A DNA stretch of 64,000 nt, from IMG/VR virus record IMGVR_UViG_3300016657_000022, positions 1 to 64,000 of that record. One strand, given 5' to 3'. Positions 16,908 to 24,953 of the stretch are shown piece after piece. The notes below the pieces were generated by a model. That model was not told where the DNA came from. It made no database searches and was given only the letters and a program-made list of their open reading frames with translations. This DNA comes from a virus (lineage: Duplodnaviria; Caudoviricetes). The translations under genes and the position numbers were made by a program. Within the stretch, counting starts at the first letter, position 1, and every line of letters starts with the position of its first letter.

Positions 16908-17546
16908 TTAGTTCCTGTTACGACAAAATGGACCACAATCTTCGGTCCGGTGACACCCATCTTTAGAGCAGATGGGCTTGCTCGATTGGCGACCGTACAT
17001 GGTCTCCGCCAGTGCTTTATTGTCCCTTGGGCTGGACATGCGAGCCTCCTGCGGACCGGCTTCCTGATCCTGATACTTACCCACGTAAAGGGCGTTCTCC
17101 TGAATGGTCTCGAAGATAACCTGACAAATGCCGGAACCAGCAGGAATGATGAGATCATCCATTCCGTGATAGAGCAGCTCGATGGTGAGGAAGCCATGCC
17201 AGCCGGGTTCGATGTTGGTGGTCATGGAGGCGTCCAGACCCTTACGCGCCCATGTGGACTTGTTCAGCACACGTCCCATGAGGAACGTGGGCATGTTGAA
17301 CTCCTCCATACTGGAACCAAGGGCAAGGATGCCCTGCACATGACGTGCCGGACCATTGACCGGCTCGATCTGCACCATGGGGTGCAACGAGAGATTATGC
17401 TTGCCAGTGAAGTGAATGCTCTCGGCAATGCGGATGTCGTAACCGCACTCGGTCAGTCCGTAGCTGGTCACTGGACCTTGCACCTTCTCGGTGAGCATGT
17501 CCTTGATGGGGGCAGCACGAAGCAGCCCGGTGCGGTTGACGATCAT
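16908..17546 (-). CDS. dcd: dCTP deaminase
   Basis: SYGLTECGYDIR, KSTWARKG, NIEPGWHGFLTIEL, ICQVIF, YVGKYQDQ. Confidence 0.92.
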   Translation of the reverse strand: MIVNRTGLLRAAPIKDMLTEKVQGPVTSYGLTECGYDIRIAESIHFTGKHNLSLHPMVQIEPVNGPARHVQGILALGSSMEEFNMPTFLMGRVLNKSTWARKGLDASMTTNIEPGWHGFLTIELLYHGMDDLIIPAGSGICQVIFETIQENALYVGKYQDQEAGPQEARMSSPRDNKALAETMYGRQSSKPICSKDGCHRTEDCGPFCRNRN

Positions 17547-17731
17547 TTCGAGGATTTCCTCTGCTTGCTGGCGAGCTTGTTGGCCTTCCGACGCTTCTGG
17601 ACGGCCTTGCTCTTCTTCGGCTTGGTTCCCTTACGGGACTTGCCGTAGAGCTGGTTGATGAAGCTCAGCGGATCTCCGCTGGGCGAGGATGCAACTGCCT
17701 GCATGGCAGCGAGAACGGCTTCTCCGTACAT
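17543..17731 (-). CDS. Small basic hypothetical protein
   Basis: 62 aa, coupled on both sides; Lys/Arg-rich tail. Confidence 0.55.
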   Translation of the reverse strand: MYGEAVLAAMQAVASSPSGDPLSFINQLYGKSRKGTKPKKSKAVQKRRKANKLASKQRKSSK

Positions 17732-17732
17732 A

Positions 17733-18938
17733 TTAGCCTTTCAGGTTGATCCGAGTCCCGAATGGGATCGGGGTTTCCTTGTTGTCGATGGCGACCCAGA
17801 TGGTCGGCACGTCAAACGGGAGGGGTTCCATAGGATCACAGTAGAGATCTGAGAAGATCACTGCTGCGGTGGGGCGAAGCTCGATCATCATCTCGCGAAC
17901 GCACACCAGACAGGTGCCACCACGACCGACGACCTTGACCTCCACGAAGTCGTCACCTTCCTTCAGAACGATGATGTTCTGGATTTGGGTGTCGAACTGC
18001 ACGATGGTCATCTTCTTGGGCTTGAGTTCATCCCAGACGTACTTGAGTTCGGAATTGAACCGAACCACCTGTGCGTCAGTGATGCTTCCACTCACGTCCT
18101 CGAAGTAGACAAGGTGATCCAACCTGCCTTCGTCTTCATACCGACTGGGCAGATAGATCATGTCCAGCATACGCCGGTTGGGCCTTGACCATGTGTAATC
18201 TTCCTCGATCAGATCTTGGAAGAAGCGTTGGAACTCCACTTCCCATGGGATCTTCGGCTGAAGGAACTGCTTCAGCACGTACTCGGTCTCACCGGGGATG
18301 TCCCCGGCCTGACCTGAGAGGCGAGCCTGATGAGCAGCCGATACCACGGATGAGAGCACGTCCTGATTGGTGATCTTCTGCATCCCATCGGGGGAGTCGA
18401 GCATGTCGCCCTCCTCCTCTTCTTCTGGTTCCCCGTCCCACGGGTTGTTGCAGAGCAGCTCATCCAGATCCGATGGCAGCATGGCCATCAGTTTGTCGTA
18501 GATGTCCTCTTCCGAGGCTCGACCGTGATCGTCGAAGCTGTGGTCCATCCATGGGCGGGTGCCCACGAAGGAGTAGCCCTCACGCTGGAGGTCGTTGTTG
18601 ATGCGGACATCGCAGGCGAAGTTCCACACCTTGGGATTTCGGCTGCCACACCGGATGATGTGCAGCCGAGCGTTGTGCCATAGCTCGTGGATGAGCACGG
18701 TACGCCTGACGGCGGGATCCAACCGGAGAAACCACTTCGGGTTCCAGTAGAAGGTCACGCCGTCAGTCGCAGCAGTCCGAACGTCCATGCTCCAGACGAA
18801 CTGAAGATAGGACATCAGCGGACCAAAAAACGCTGCACCGGGGTTCATGAACACCTGCGACTTCGTGATGTCCAACAGGCGTGTCATCTCCTGAAGGTTG
18901 AAATCGAACTCAGAAACGGGTTGACGGGTCTTGGACAA
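17733..18938 (-). CDS. Metallopeptidase plus vWA domain protein (N4 gp25-like)
   Basis: TAATDG, HELWH (HExxH), vWA DVSGS and GRGGT. Confidence 0.9.
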   Translation of the reverse strand: MSKTRQPVSEFDFNLQEMTRLLDITKSQVFMNPGAAFFGPLMSYLQFVWSMDVRTAATDGVTFYWNPKWFLRLDPAVRRTVLIHELWHNARLHIIRCGSRNPKVWNFACDVRINNDLQREGYSFVGTRPWMDHSFDDHGRASEEDIYDKLMAMLPSDLDELLCNNPWDGEPEEEEEGDMLDSPDGMQKITNQDVLSSVVSAAHQARLSGQAGDIPGETEYVLKQFLQPKIPWEVEFQRFFQDLIEEDYTWSRPNRRMLDMIYLPSRYEDEGRLDHLVYFEDVSGSITDAQVVRFNSELKYVWDELKPKKMTIVQFDTQIQNIIVLKEGDDFVEVKVVGRGGTCLVCVREMMIELRPTAAVIFSDLYCDPMEPLPFDVPTIWVAIDNKETPIPFGTRINLKG

Positions 18939-19179
18939 TTGCTCTCTCCCATTGGAGACGGTGCGTGGTCTGGCACACCGTGCAGTAAAGATAGATGGTG
19001 ATCCCCTCCACTTCCAAGTCCCACTTGTGTGGGCCTGAGCATGGATTCCGAATGGGGTGGTTCACACCATCCAGTGCTTTCCGCGTGAGCAGACCGGCTC
19101 GTCGGAAGTCGTCTTCAGTCCACATGATGATGGACTTTTCCGCCAGATCAGGCGGAAATGACGGTTCCGGCTGCTGCAT
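18910..19179 (-). CDS. Small hypothetical protein, possible Zn-binding
   Basis: 89 aa; CSGPH...CTVC; overlaps both neighbours slightly. Confidence 0.45.
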   Translation of the reverse strand: MQQPEPSFPPDLAEKSIIMWTEDDFRRAGLLTRKALDGVNHPIRNPCSGPHKWDLEVEGITIYLYCTVCQTTHRLQWERAIVQDPSTRF

Positions 19180-20284
19180 TCGGGTTCAGGTACTTCGAGA
19201 GCTGGATCATCGCCTTGGCGAAGGCCGGGTGCTCCTGAAGTTCCGGGCGCTGGACCAGAGTGCCACGGAAGAAGAGAATGCGGAAGTCCAATGCGAAACG
19301 GTTCGCATAGGTGGCGAAAGCCCCGTAGTTCTTGTCGTCCACCAGCTCCATCAGGTGAGCGATGTTCGCCCACTGCTGGGCGTTTTCGGTGGCGATGGGG
19401 CAGTTCTCCGGGTCGGCGATCACGTCCTTGTAGGACACGAGCTTGTCGAAGCAGGCCGTGAAGTTCACGAAGTCCACTGCCACCCCTGCCGTGATGGTCC
19501 CAGCATAGGTGCTGGTCTCACCCTTGGCGATGGTGCCCTTGGGTTCGTTCTCGACATAGCTGTTCACGAAGTCCCATGTGCGGGGACAGCAGAACGTCTC
19601 CTCGTTGTGGTCGGCCCGGAAGTCGAACAGGCGAGTCGGATAGCGGCTCAGATAGGCCACGACACGCTTGTCCCAGTTCCGTGCAAGGGCCACGTCGAGC
19701 ATGAACTCGCCATGGTCGATGACCAGCTTGAAGTGGGATAGACGGCTCTGCATGGCCGTCGAGAGGTTGTTGGTGATCGCCCGGTCAGTGGACAGGTTGC
19801 CTGCTGCACCGATGGCCACATGGCCGTGCAGGTGGGCCTGACCGACCATGCGATCCAGCACCAGCTTGTACGCTGCTGCCTGCACGCTCTTCGGGGCCGA
19901 GTTGAACTCGTCCAAGAACAGGAGCCAGCCGATATAGCCTTCCGGCGTCGTCTGCCCTTCGATGGGGAAGATGTCGAACGGGGCGAAGCGAGCACGGCGA
20001 TTGCCGTCACCATCGGTGTAGAACTCAGGCAGGCCGGAAAGATCTTCCGGGGCCGAGGTGCTCAGCCGGTGATCGACTAGCTTGAGGCCCAGCTTCTTGG
20101 CAACCTGAGCGAAGATGCTCGACTTGCCGATGCCGGGGCTGCCCTTGACCATGGGCACCACACCGGCACGAATGGCCTTCTCGATCTTGATGGCAAGCTG
20201 CCGGGGTGTGACTGTGTAGAGGCTCTCGACCGTGACGCCATCGTCAAGTTGGGTCGGAGCAGGATTGAGGACTGCACCGCTCAT
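19148..20284 (-). CDS. MoxR-like AAA+ ATPase (N4 gp24-like)
   Basis: GSPGIGKS, LFLDEFN, AAGN, LSTAMQSRL, CPRTW. Confidence 0.92.
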   Translation of the reverse strand: MSGAVLNPAPTQLDDGVTVESLYTVTPRQLAIKIEKAIRAGVVPMVKGSPGIGKSSIFAQVAKKLGLKLVDHRLSTSAPEDLSGLPEFYTDGDGNRRARFAPFDIFPIEGQTTPEGYIGWLLFLDEFNSAPKSVQAAAYKLVLDRMVGQAHLHGHVAIGAAGNLSTDRAITNNLSTAMQSRLSHFKLVIDHGEFMLDVALARNWDKRVVAYLSRYPTRLFDFRADHNEETFCCPRTWDFVNSYVENEPKGTIAKGETSTYAGTITAGVAVDFVNFTACFDKLVSYKDVIADPENCPIATENAQQWANIAHLMELVDDKNYGAFATYANRFALDFRILFFRGTLVQRPELQEHPAFAKAMIQLSKYLNPNAAAGTVISA

Positions 20285-20712
20285 CGTACTGTTTCCTGTT
20301 CGGTACGAGGCGGGATGTACGCCTCGTAGGGGTTGTCGGCAGGGCAGAGATGCCCAACCGGGGTCATGAGGAACTCGCCGTCCTCGTGGCTCACCAGAGC
20401 GAGAATGGAGCGTTGCTTCATCGTCTTGGCATCCAGCCCGGCCATGAGAGCGACGTTACCGTCGAACATGGCCCGCTTGAGCTGCTCGAACCACTGCTTG
20501 TGGTGAGCAGGCAGCTTGCCGATGGGATCGGGGAGACCGATGCTCTCGGGCACCTGACCGTTGAGGGCATCATTGATCCGACGCCAGATGCCATTGGACA
20601 TCTCAACGACGGTGGTGCCATCATCGTCCTTGGTTCCCCGCATCAGCATGTCTGAGCGGATGGCTTCAAGGAGCTGAAGCAGCTCCCTGTTTTCCTTACG
20701 GTGATTAGGCAT
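20281..20712 (-). CDS. Hypothetical protein with DUF6117-like C-terminal half
   Basis: GNVALMAGLDAKT...FLMTPVGHLCPADNPYEAYIPP. Confidence 0.6.
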   Translation of the reverse strand: MPNHRKENRELLQLLEAIRSDMLMRGTKDDDGTTVVEMSNGIWRRINDALNGQVPESIGLPDPIGKLPAHHKQWFEQLKRAMFDGNVALMAGLDAKTMKQRSILALVSHEDGEFLMTPVGHLCPADNPYEAYIPPRTEQETVR

Positions 20713-21050
20713 CAGGCTTTGGCCCTTGTGAGAGGAGCCGGGTTCACACGGCGATCATGGCCGTAGACTAGCTCGTAGAGGTCGAGGATCTTTTCCCAGC
20801 GGGCACAATGCCACTCAAGGAAATCCTGTTTCGGGCCAACGAGGAACTGCTCGTTGATCTCGTTCGTGCTCAGGCGGGTCACGTTGCCGAAGTCGGTGAC
20901 GACCTCGTAGAGATACTGATTGGTGTCAGCCAGATAGCTGAGCAGGCTGGGAGCGAACTCCCTGATTTCATTGTTGGGCACGACACGACGAAGGATGGCA
21001 TTTCCCATCTTGGTTCCGTCTTTCGTGTAGAGGATGGTTCCGGGTTCCAT
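20712..21050 (-). CDS. Phage hypothetical protein
   Basis: ATG 21050 with AAAGGA RBS; LYTKDGTKMGNAI...TDFGN. Confidence 0.7.
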   Translation of the reverse strand: MEPGTILYTKDGTKMGNAILRRVVPNNEIREFAPSLLSYLADTNQYLYEVVTDFGNVTRLSTNEINEQFLVGPKQDFLEWHCARWEKILDLYELVYGHDRRVNPAPLTRAKA

Positions 21051-21063
21051 GATCGGTCCTTTC

Positions 21064-21097
21064 AAAAGAAAAACCCCACCAACCGAAGTTGATGGGG
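21064..21097 (-). terminator. UUCG-capped intrinsic terminator
   Basis: Minus strand CCCCATCAAC-TTCG-GTTGGTGGGG-TTTTTCTTTT. Confidence 0.85.
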
Positions 21098-21129
21098 CTC
21101 CCTTCACATGGGGTTGTGAACGGTGTAGA

Positions 21130-21555
21130 TCAGTCCTTCTTGGACTTCCCCAAAGGCTTTTTGGCCGAGGCCTTGTCAGCCTTTTGGGACTTATTCTCGG
21201 GCTTCTCGTGATGCTCGGTCGCCTTGCCGTTGACCTCAGCGAGATCGTCCGGTTTGCCTTCCTCACGGATATTCTCGACCGCTTCCTTGACGGTGGGGGT
21301 GTAAGCACTCCCGACCGGCTCGTTGCTGGCCTTGTCCTCGATCACGATGGAGTCGGCATCGTTGATGCCGTAGTCCTCCAGCACCTTGCGGGCATTGGCG
21401 ACATAGGGATGATCGCCCGTCTCGGTCTGAAGCGAGGCGTCATTGATGTCATAGTTGAAGTGACCGATGACCTTGTAGCCATCGACCTCCTGACCATCAT
21501 TCAGCACGGCAGCACGACGGAGACCGTCATTCAGTGCGACGTTGAACTTGGGCAT
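21130..21555 (-). CDS. Hypothetical protein with charged C-terminal tail
   Basis: 141 aa ORF with GGAAGGA RBS. Confidence 0.7.
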   Translation of the reverse strand: MPKFNVALNDGLRRAAVLNDGQEVDGYKVIGHFNYDINDASLQTETGDHPYVANARKVLEDYGINDADSIVIEDKASNEPVGSAYTPTVKEAVENIREEGKPDDLAEVNGKATEHHEKPENKSQKADKASAKKPLGKSKKD

Positions 21556-21584
21556 TTCAGGTTCCTTCCATGGAAAGTGCCTTG

Positions 21585-21785
21585 TCAGGCATCCACGAAA
21601 CGCGCCTGTCTTACTTTGGTTCTAAGATAGAGGTTGACCGTCGCTCGCGACACACCAAGCTCATCTGCGATTTCGAGCTTCGTTGCCCCAGCTTCTTGTA
21701 ATTTGCGGGCCTTCTCTCGATTGGCAGTTCGCTTGGCCATGGCTCGGGCGGTTGCGGCGTTATAGCCGGAGTTGCGTTGTCTCAT
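21585..21785 (-). CDS. Small HTH protein
   Basis: AGATKLEIADELGVSRATVNLYLR. Confidence 0.8.
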   Translation of the reverse strand: MRQRNSGYNAATARAMAKRTANREKARKLQEAGATKLEIADELGVSRATVNLYLRTKVRQARFVDA

Positions 21786-21789
21786 GGCC

Positions 21790-21935
21790 GGTCTCCATAG
21801 ACGGTAGTGGCCGGAGTAGCATCACCATAAATGGGAGAGGCTCTCCGGTCGCACCGTCAATCCCCGAACCGTCTTTTGGAGTGTTTCAACCCTCTCTTTT
21901 AGAGGGCGTTTCTCTTCCTACTCGAACGTCGTAGG
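21790..21935 (-). promoter_or_regulatory. Structured 5' leader of the HTH gene
   Basis: Stems CCGGAG/CTCCGG, GACGG/CCGTC, CCCTCT/AGAGGG, CCTAC/GTAGG in a noncoding gap. Confidence 0.35.
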
Positions 21936-21939
21936 GATC

Positions 21940-22350
21940 TCAAAAGACGCGGACCATCTCGGCAGTGATCGTCCAGAAGTCATGAGACTTCCGGTAGATC
22001 TTGCCTTCGTAGACCCTATCCCGATCACGGATCAGGTGCGTCTGGTTACGGGCAACGTAGCCTGCCCTCACCCACGTATAATCACCCTCGCACTCGTGCG
22101 GCATGGTGACGTAGCAGGCGACAGCATCTTCGTCGTGTGGGTTGGCCGGGTCTGGGATCAGAATGATCGCAGTCCCGGTCTTCTTGACCTTGAGGAAGTC
22201 AGCGTATGCCTGATGCCTCATGCCGACGCAGGACAGGTGATCGGTGGGGCCGACCTGCTCTTTGTGGCTGAAGTCCTTCAGAGCTGACAGCATGGCGGGA
22301 GCTTGCATCTGGCCCTTGAGAATGGCTCGGATGATCTGCTTATCCGTCAT
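21940..22350 (-). CDS. Stand-alone HIRAN-domain protein
   Basis: ATG 22350; LIPDPANPHDEDAVACY...AGYVAR. Confidence 0.7.
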   Translation of the reverse strand: MTDKQIIRAILKGQMQAPAMLSALKDFSHKEQVGPTDHLSCVGMRHQAYADFLKVKKTGTAIILIPDPANPHDEDAVACYVTMPHECEGDYTWVRAGYVARNQTHLIRDRDRVYEGKIYRKSHDFWTITAEMVRVF

Positions 22351-22424
22351 GTGTCCCGTTGCCGGGACGGGAACCAAGGAGTCCCCAACAGGCTCTCCCG
22401 TGGGAGCATCTTGCTCCTGTGGGG

Positions 22425-23021
22425 TCAGCCGAAAGGGTTCTTGTCGCCCATCAGCATCATGAGCATGAGCGGGTTCATGGCACCGGCTGCACCGCCGCCG
22501 AGACCGCCTGACAGCATGAGCATCGGGAGCATGTCCTCGAAGTTGCCCTTGTCGCCGGTCATCATGCTCATCATCATGAGCTGGCCCATGTCCATGGAGC
22601 CACCTTCCGAACCGCCGCCGAACAGGTTCGTGAACGACTTGATGATCGTCACGCCCTTCTCGATGCCCATCATGTTGACCTTGGTGGGCAGGAAGCGGGA
22701 GCTGTGGCCTTGCACGTTGAGCGTGCGGAGCGAACCGGACTCGGTGACTTCCTGAATGAAGCCGTATGCCTTCTTCTCGCTGACGAGAATGTCGCCGGTC
22801 TTCACCTGCGATACAGGCGTCAGCATGGCGAACGCCGGGATGTCCATTCCGAAGAAGTCGAGCGGGTTCTTGCTCAGGCCCTCACCATCGAACGTGACGA
22901 TGCCGGTGCCGGTCTTGATCCCGGTCAGGCCGGTCTGGAGGTCGTAGCTCACGTTTTCGATGGGCTGGATCATGGCCGACATTGCGGTGGCCATCTTGCT
23001 CTTCATATCCTTGAACATCAT
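22425..23021 (-). CDS. Phage protein with Met/Gly-rich C-terminus
   Basis: 198 aa, AGGAG RBS; IPAFAMLTPVSQVKTGDIL...MLPMLMLSGG...NPLMLMMLMG. Confidence 0.8.
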   Translation of the reverse strand: MMFKDMKSKMATAMSAMIQPIENVSYDLQTGLTGIKTGTGIVTFDGEGLSKNPLDFFGMDIPAFAMLTPVSQVKTGDILVSEKKAYGFIQEVTESGSLRTLNVQGHSSRFLPTKVNMMGIEKGVTIIKSFTNLFGGGSEGGSMDMGQLMMMSMMTGDKGNFEDMLPMLMLSGGLGGGAAGAMNPLMLMMLMGDKNPFG

Positions 23022-23044
23022 GCTTCTCCTGCGTCATTGATGGG

Positions 23045-23520
23045 TCGGAATTGACCCAAGGAAAGGGGAATAAACTGAGTGTGCTGCTGGACGCCGTTGT
23101 TCCCATTAAGCCAGTCTCGTCTGACTCACACACCCCATGCCCAGCCGGTCCCTGACGGTTTGCAAGGATCCTTGACCAGACAGGCATGGCCTCGGGTCCG
23201 TCGAACGGTTTCCCTCGGTCTAACTGTAAAGGGTGGCAGGGAACTCTAACCTGCGTCACGTCCTCCCGCTTTTTAGCACGGGACACCCTAGCACGGACAG
23301 CTATTATGGGCCGCTTACGGTTTCGCCCATCGGGTGGTCGCCGTCTGTCCATGTCTCTATTTGGTTCCCCCGCCCAGCTTCTGCCTCGGGGTTCTGGCGC
23401 GTAAACACATCTGGGCTTGCGGCTTCGACAGAGCTTCCCTGTCTAGGCAGTCCTGCATTAACGTCTTAGTCCACCAGCATCACCGAGTTGAACTGCGGTG
23501 GGATAGCCTCGGGGAGACGG
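23045..23520 (-). ncRNA. Candidate large ornate noncoding RNA (~480 nt)
   Basis: More than 12 helices, a long-range helix, a possible pseudoknot and GNRA/UUCG-type loops; no credible ORF. Confidence 0.55.
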
Positions 23521-23544
23521 GAAGAGGACATTACTGATCTGGTA

Positions 23545-23661
23545 TGGCAGCCGTGGATGGACTCGAACCACCGACTATCTGGCCCGTCATCCTTAGTGAA
23601 GGCGCCTTCACGCACAGGATGCTGCTAGGGTTTCGTGCTCTACCGACTGAGCTACACGGCT
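23545..23661 (-). ncRNA. 117-nt tRNA-like RNA with acceptor, D and T arms and CCA but no canonical anticodon arm
   Basis: AGCCGTG/CACGGCT-G-CCA; TA-GCTC-AGTCGGTA-GAGC-A; GGTGG-TTCGAGT-CCATC; 63-nt insert between the D and T arms. Confidence 0.8.
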
Positions 23662-23675
23662 ATACCAATCTCGAT

Positions 23676-23746
23676 CTATATGGCCGGTGGGTTTGAGCTG
23701 AGCCTACCCACAAGAGCCGTCAAATGCTGGCCTATCGGCCATATAG
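23676..23746 (-). ncRNA. Candidate 71-nt small RNA
   Basis: 11-bp closing stem CTATATGGCCG/CGGCCATATAG; inner GTGGGT/ACCCAC stem. Confidence 0.45.
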
Positions 23747-23813
23747 AACGAGGAACGCGGCGAAGCCGCAACCCAAGAAAAGAACTGACCGGAGATCCAT
23801 CCTAAGTCAAGCC

Positions 23814-23841
23814 AAACGGGGAAGGGATCTCTCCCTTCCCC
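23814..23841 (-). terminator. Terminator-like hairpin after the Ig-domain gene
   Basis: GGGGAAGGGA/TCCCTTCCCC stem followed by GTTT. Confidence 0.55.
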
Positions 23842-23858
23842 TTGGTTCAGCCGCAGGC

Positions 23859-24431
23859 TTACGCCGTGCAGGTGATGTTTTTGGTGGCGGTCTTGGCACC
23901 ATCCTGCGAGGTCGCAGTGATGACCGCCGAGCCGTTGGCGACGCGAGTCACCAGACCCGTGCTCGACACCGTGGCAACGGCGAGGTTGCTGCTGGTGTAG
24001 GTGACGGTGCCATTGCTGGCATTGGCCGGGGTCTTCGTGATGGCGAGCTGCACGGTGGGCGAAGCCACGGTCAGCGTGCTCGTGCCGGTGGGCGTGATGG
24101 CAATGCCCGTCAGCGCCACATAGTCGGTGTCGATATTGAGGGTGATGCCCCCCATATCGGTGATGTTGTCCGGGAACAGGAGTTCACCGGGAACGGCAAC
24201 ACCGTCCGACGCACGGGTGTGGTAGAGAGCATCACGGACGTGATGCCAGATGACGTGGCTCTCAGCCAACTGACCATCGCCCGGAATGAGCGGGTTGTTG
24301 CCGAGAGGATCGGCCAGCTCGTCATGCTTGAACGTGCCGATCTTGTTGGAACCAGCGGGAAGAGCGTCCCCGTTGGACTGGACAGTCACCACCTTGGTGG
24401 TGTTGTTATAGGCAATCTGATACTCAGCCAT
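23859..24431 (-). CDS. Ig-like (Big_2) domain protein, probable capsid decoration (N4 gp17-like)
   Basis: C-terminal TGIAITP...QLAITKTPANASNGTVTYTSSNLAVATVSSTGLVT...GSAVITATSQDG. Confidence 0.85.
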   Translation of the reverse strand: MAEYQIAYNNTTKVVTVQSNGDALPAGSNKIGTFKHDELADPLGNNPLIPGDGQLAESHVIWHHVRDALYHTRASDGVAVPGELLFPDNITDMGGITLNIDTDYVALTGIAITPTGTSTLTVASPTVQLAITKTPANASNGTVTYTSSNLAVATVSSTGLVTRVANGSAVITATSQDGAKTATKNITCTA

Positions 24432-24452
24432 GGCAATCTATCTCTTTCTTGC

Positions 24453-24477
24453 AAGAAGAGGTGGGCCGAAGCCCACC
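24453..24477 (-). terminator. UUCG-capped terminator
   Basis: Minus strand GGTGGGC-TTCG-GCCCACC-TCTTCTT. Confidence 0.7.
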
Positions 24478-24487
24478 CCGACTTACA

Positions 24488-24943
24488 TTAAGAGGCTGCT
24501 GCCAGCAAGGCGACCTGCATAAGTGGGCTTTCATCCAGCTTCCCACTCATCACATCATTGATCTTGCCCTTGTCTCCCTGACGGGAGAATACCTCAGCCA
24601 CGACACGACGGGCTTCAAGGATCTCAGGCTTTACACCCAGAGCCGGGTATTTCCTGATTGCTTCCTCTTGCCATGTTTTGAGTCTGAGCACCTCTTCTTC
24701 CAGCTCAATAATACGCTGATTGAGTTTGGTGCCAGCAGACATGCGGAGTTTCTTGGGGACGATGGGCTTACCGTCTCCCGGAAAGTGCTGGCCGCCCTCA
24801 CGGCGAACCAAACCCCGCTTAACAAACACGGATAGGCGGGCAGATGCACTGCCCATATTGATGCCTGTGAGGGTGGCGATTTCTTTGGAAGTGCTGCCCG
24901 GCATTGCCCGGACAGCTTCCAATATCTGTTCATCATTGGTCAT
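24488..24943 (-). CDS. Winged-helix DNA-binding protein
   Basis: PGSTSKEIATLTGINMGSASARLSVFVKRGLVRR. Confidence 0.75.
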   Translation of the reverse strand: MTNDEQILEAVRAMPGSTSKEIATLTGINMGSASARLSVFVKRGLVRREGGQHFPGDGKPIVPKKLRMSAGTKLNQRIIELEEEVLRLKTWQEEAIRKYPALGVKPEILEARRVVAEVFSRQGDKGKINDVMSGKLDESPLMQVALLAAAS

Positions 24944-24953
24944 AGATCGTTCC

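Noticed and set aside
13962-17546. thyX, dcd and the MazG-like gene as a novel DNA-modification pathway
   Set aside because: Standard dTMP-supply genes of N4-like phages; no base-modifying transferases were found
22882-23469. ORFs 22882-23352, 23186-23404 and 23233-23469
   Set aside because: No RBS, atypical composition, and they overlap a real gene or the structured RNA
23045-23520. RNase P RNA
   Set aside because: AAGCCCAG/CUGGCUU mimics P4 and CCAAAUAG is present, but GAGGAAAGUCC is absent and the element order does not fit
23045-23661. One- or two-piece tmRNA
   Set aside because: No G3.U70 pair, a full D stem is present, and GCA AAC...GCU UAA are not in the same frame, so there is no tag ORF
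23545-23661. Ordinary or suppressor tRNA (CUA or UCA anticodon), Y RNA, or tRNA with a theta ribozyme
   Set aside because: No 5-bp anticodon stem with U33; topology is not the permuted YrlA type; no HDV-like fold starts at the CCA end
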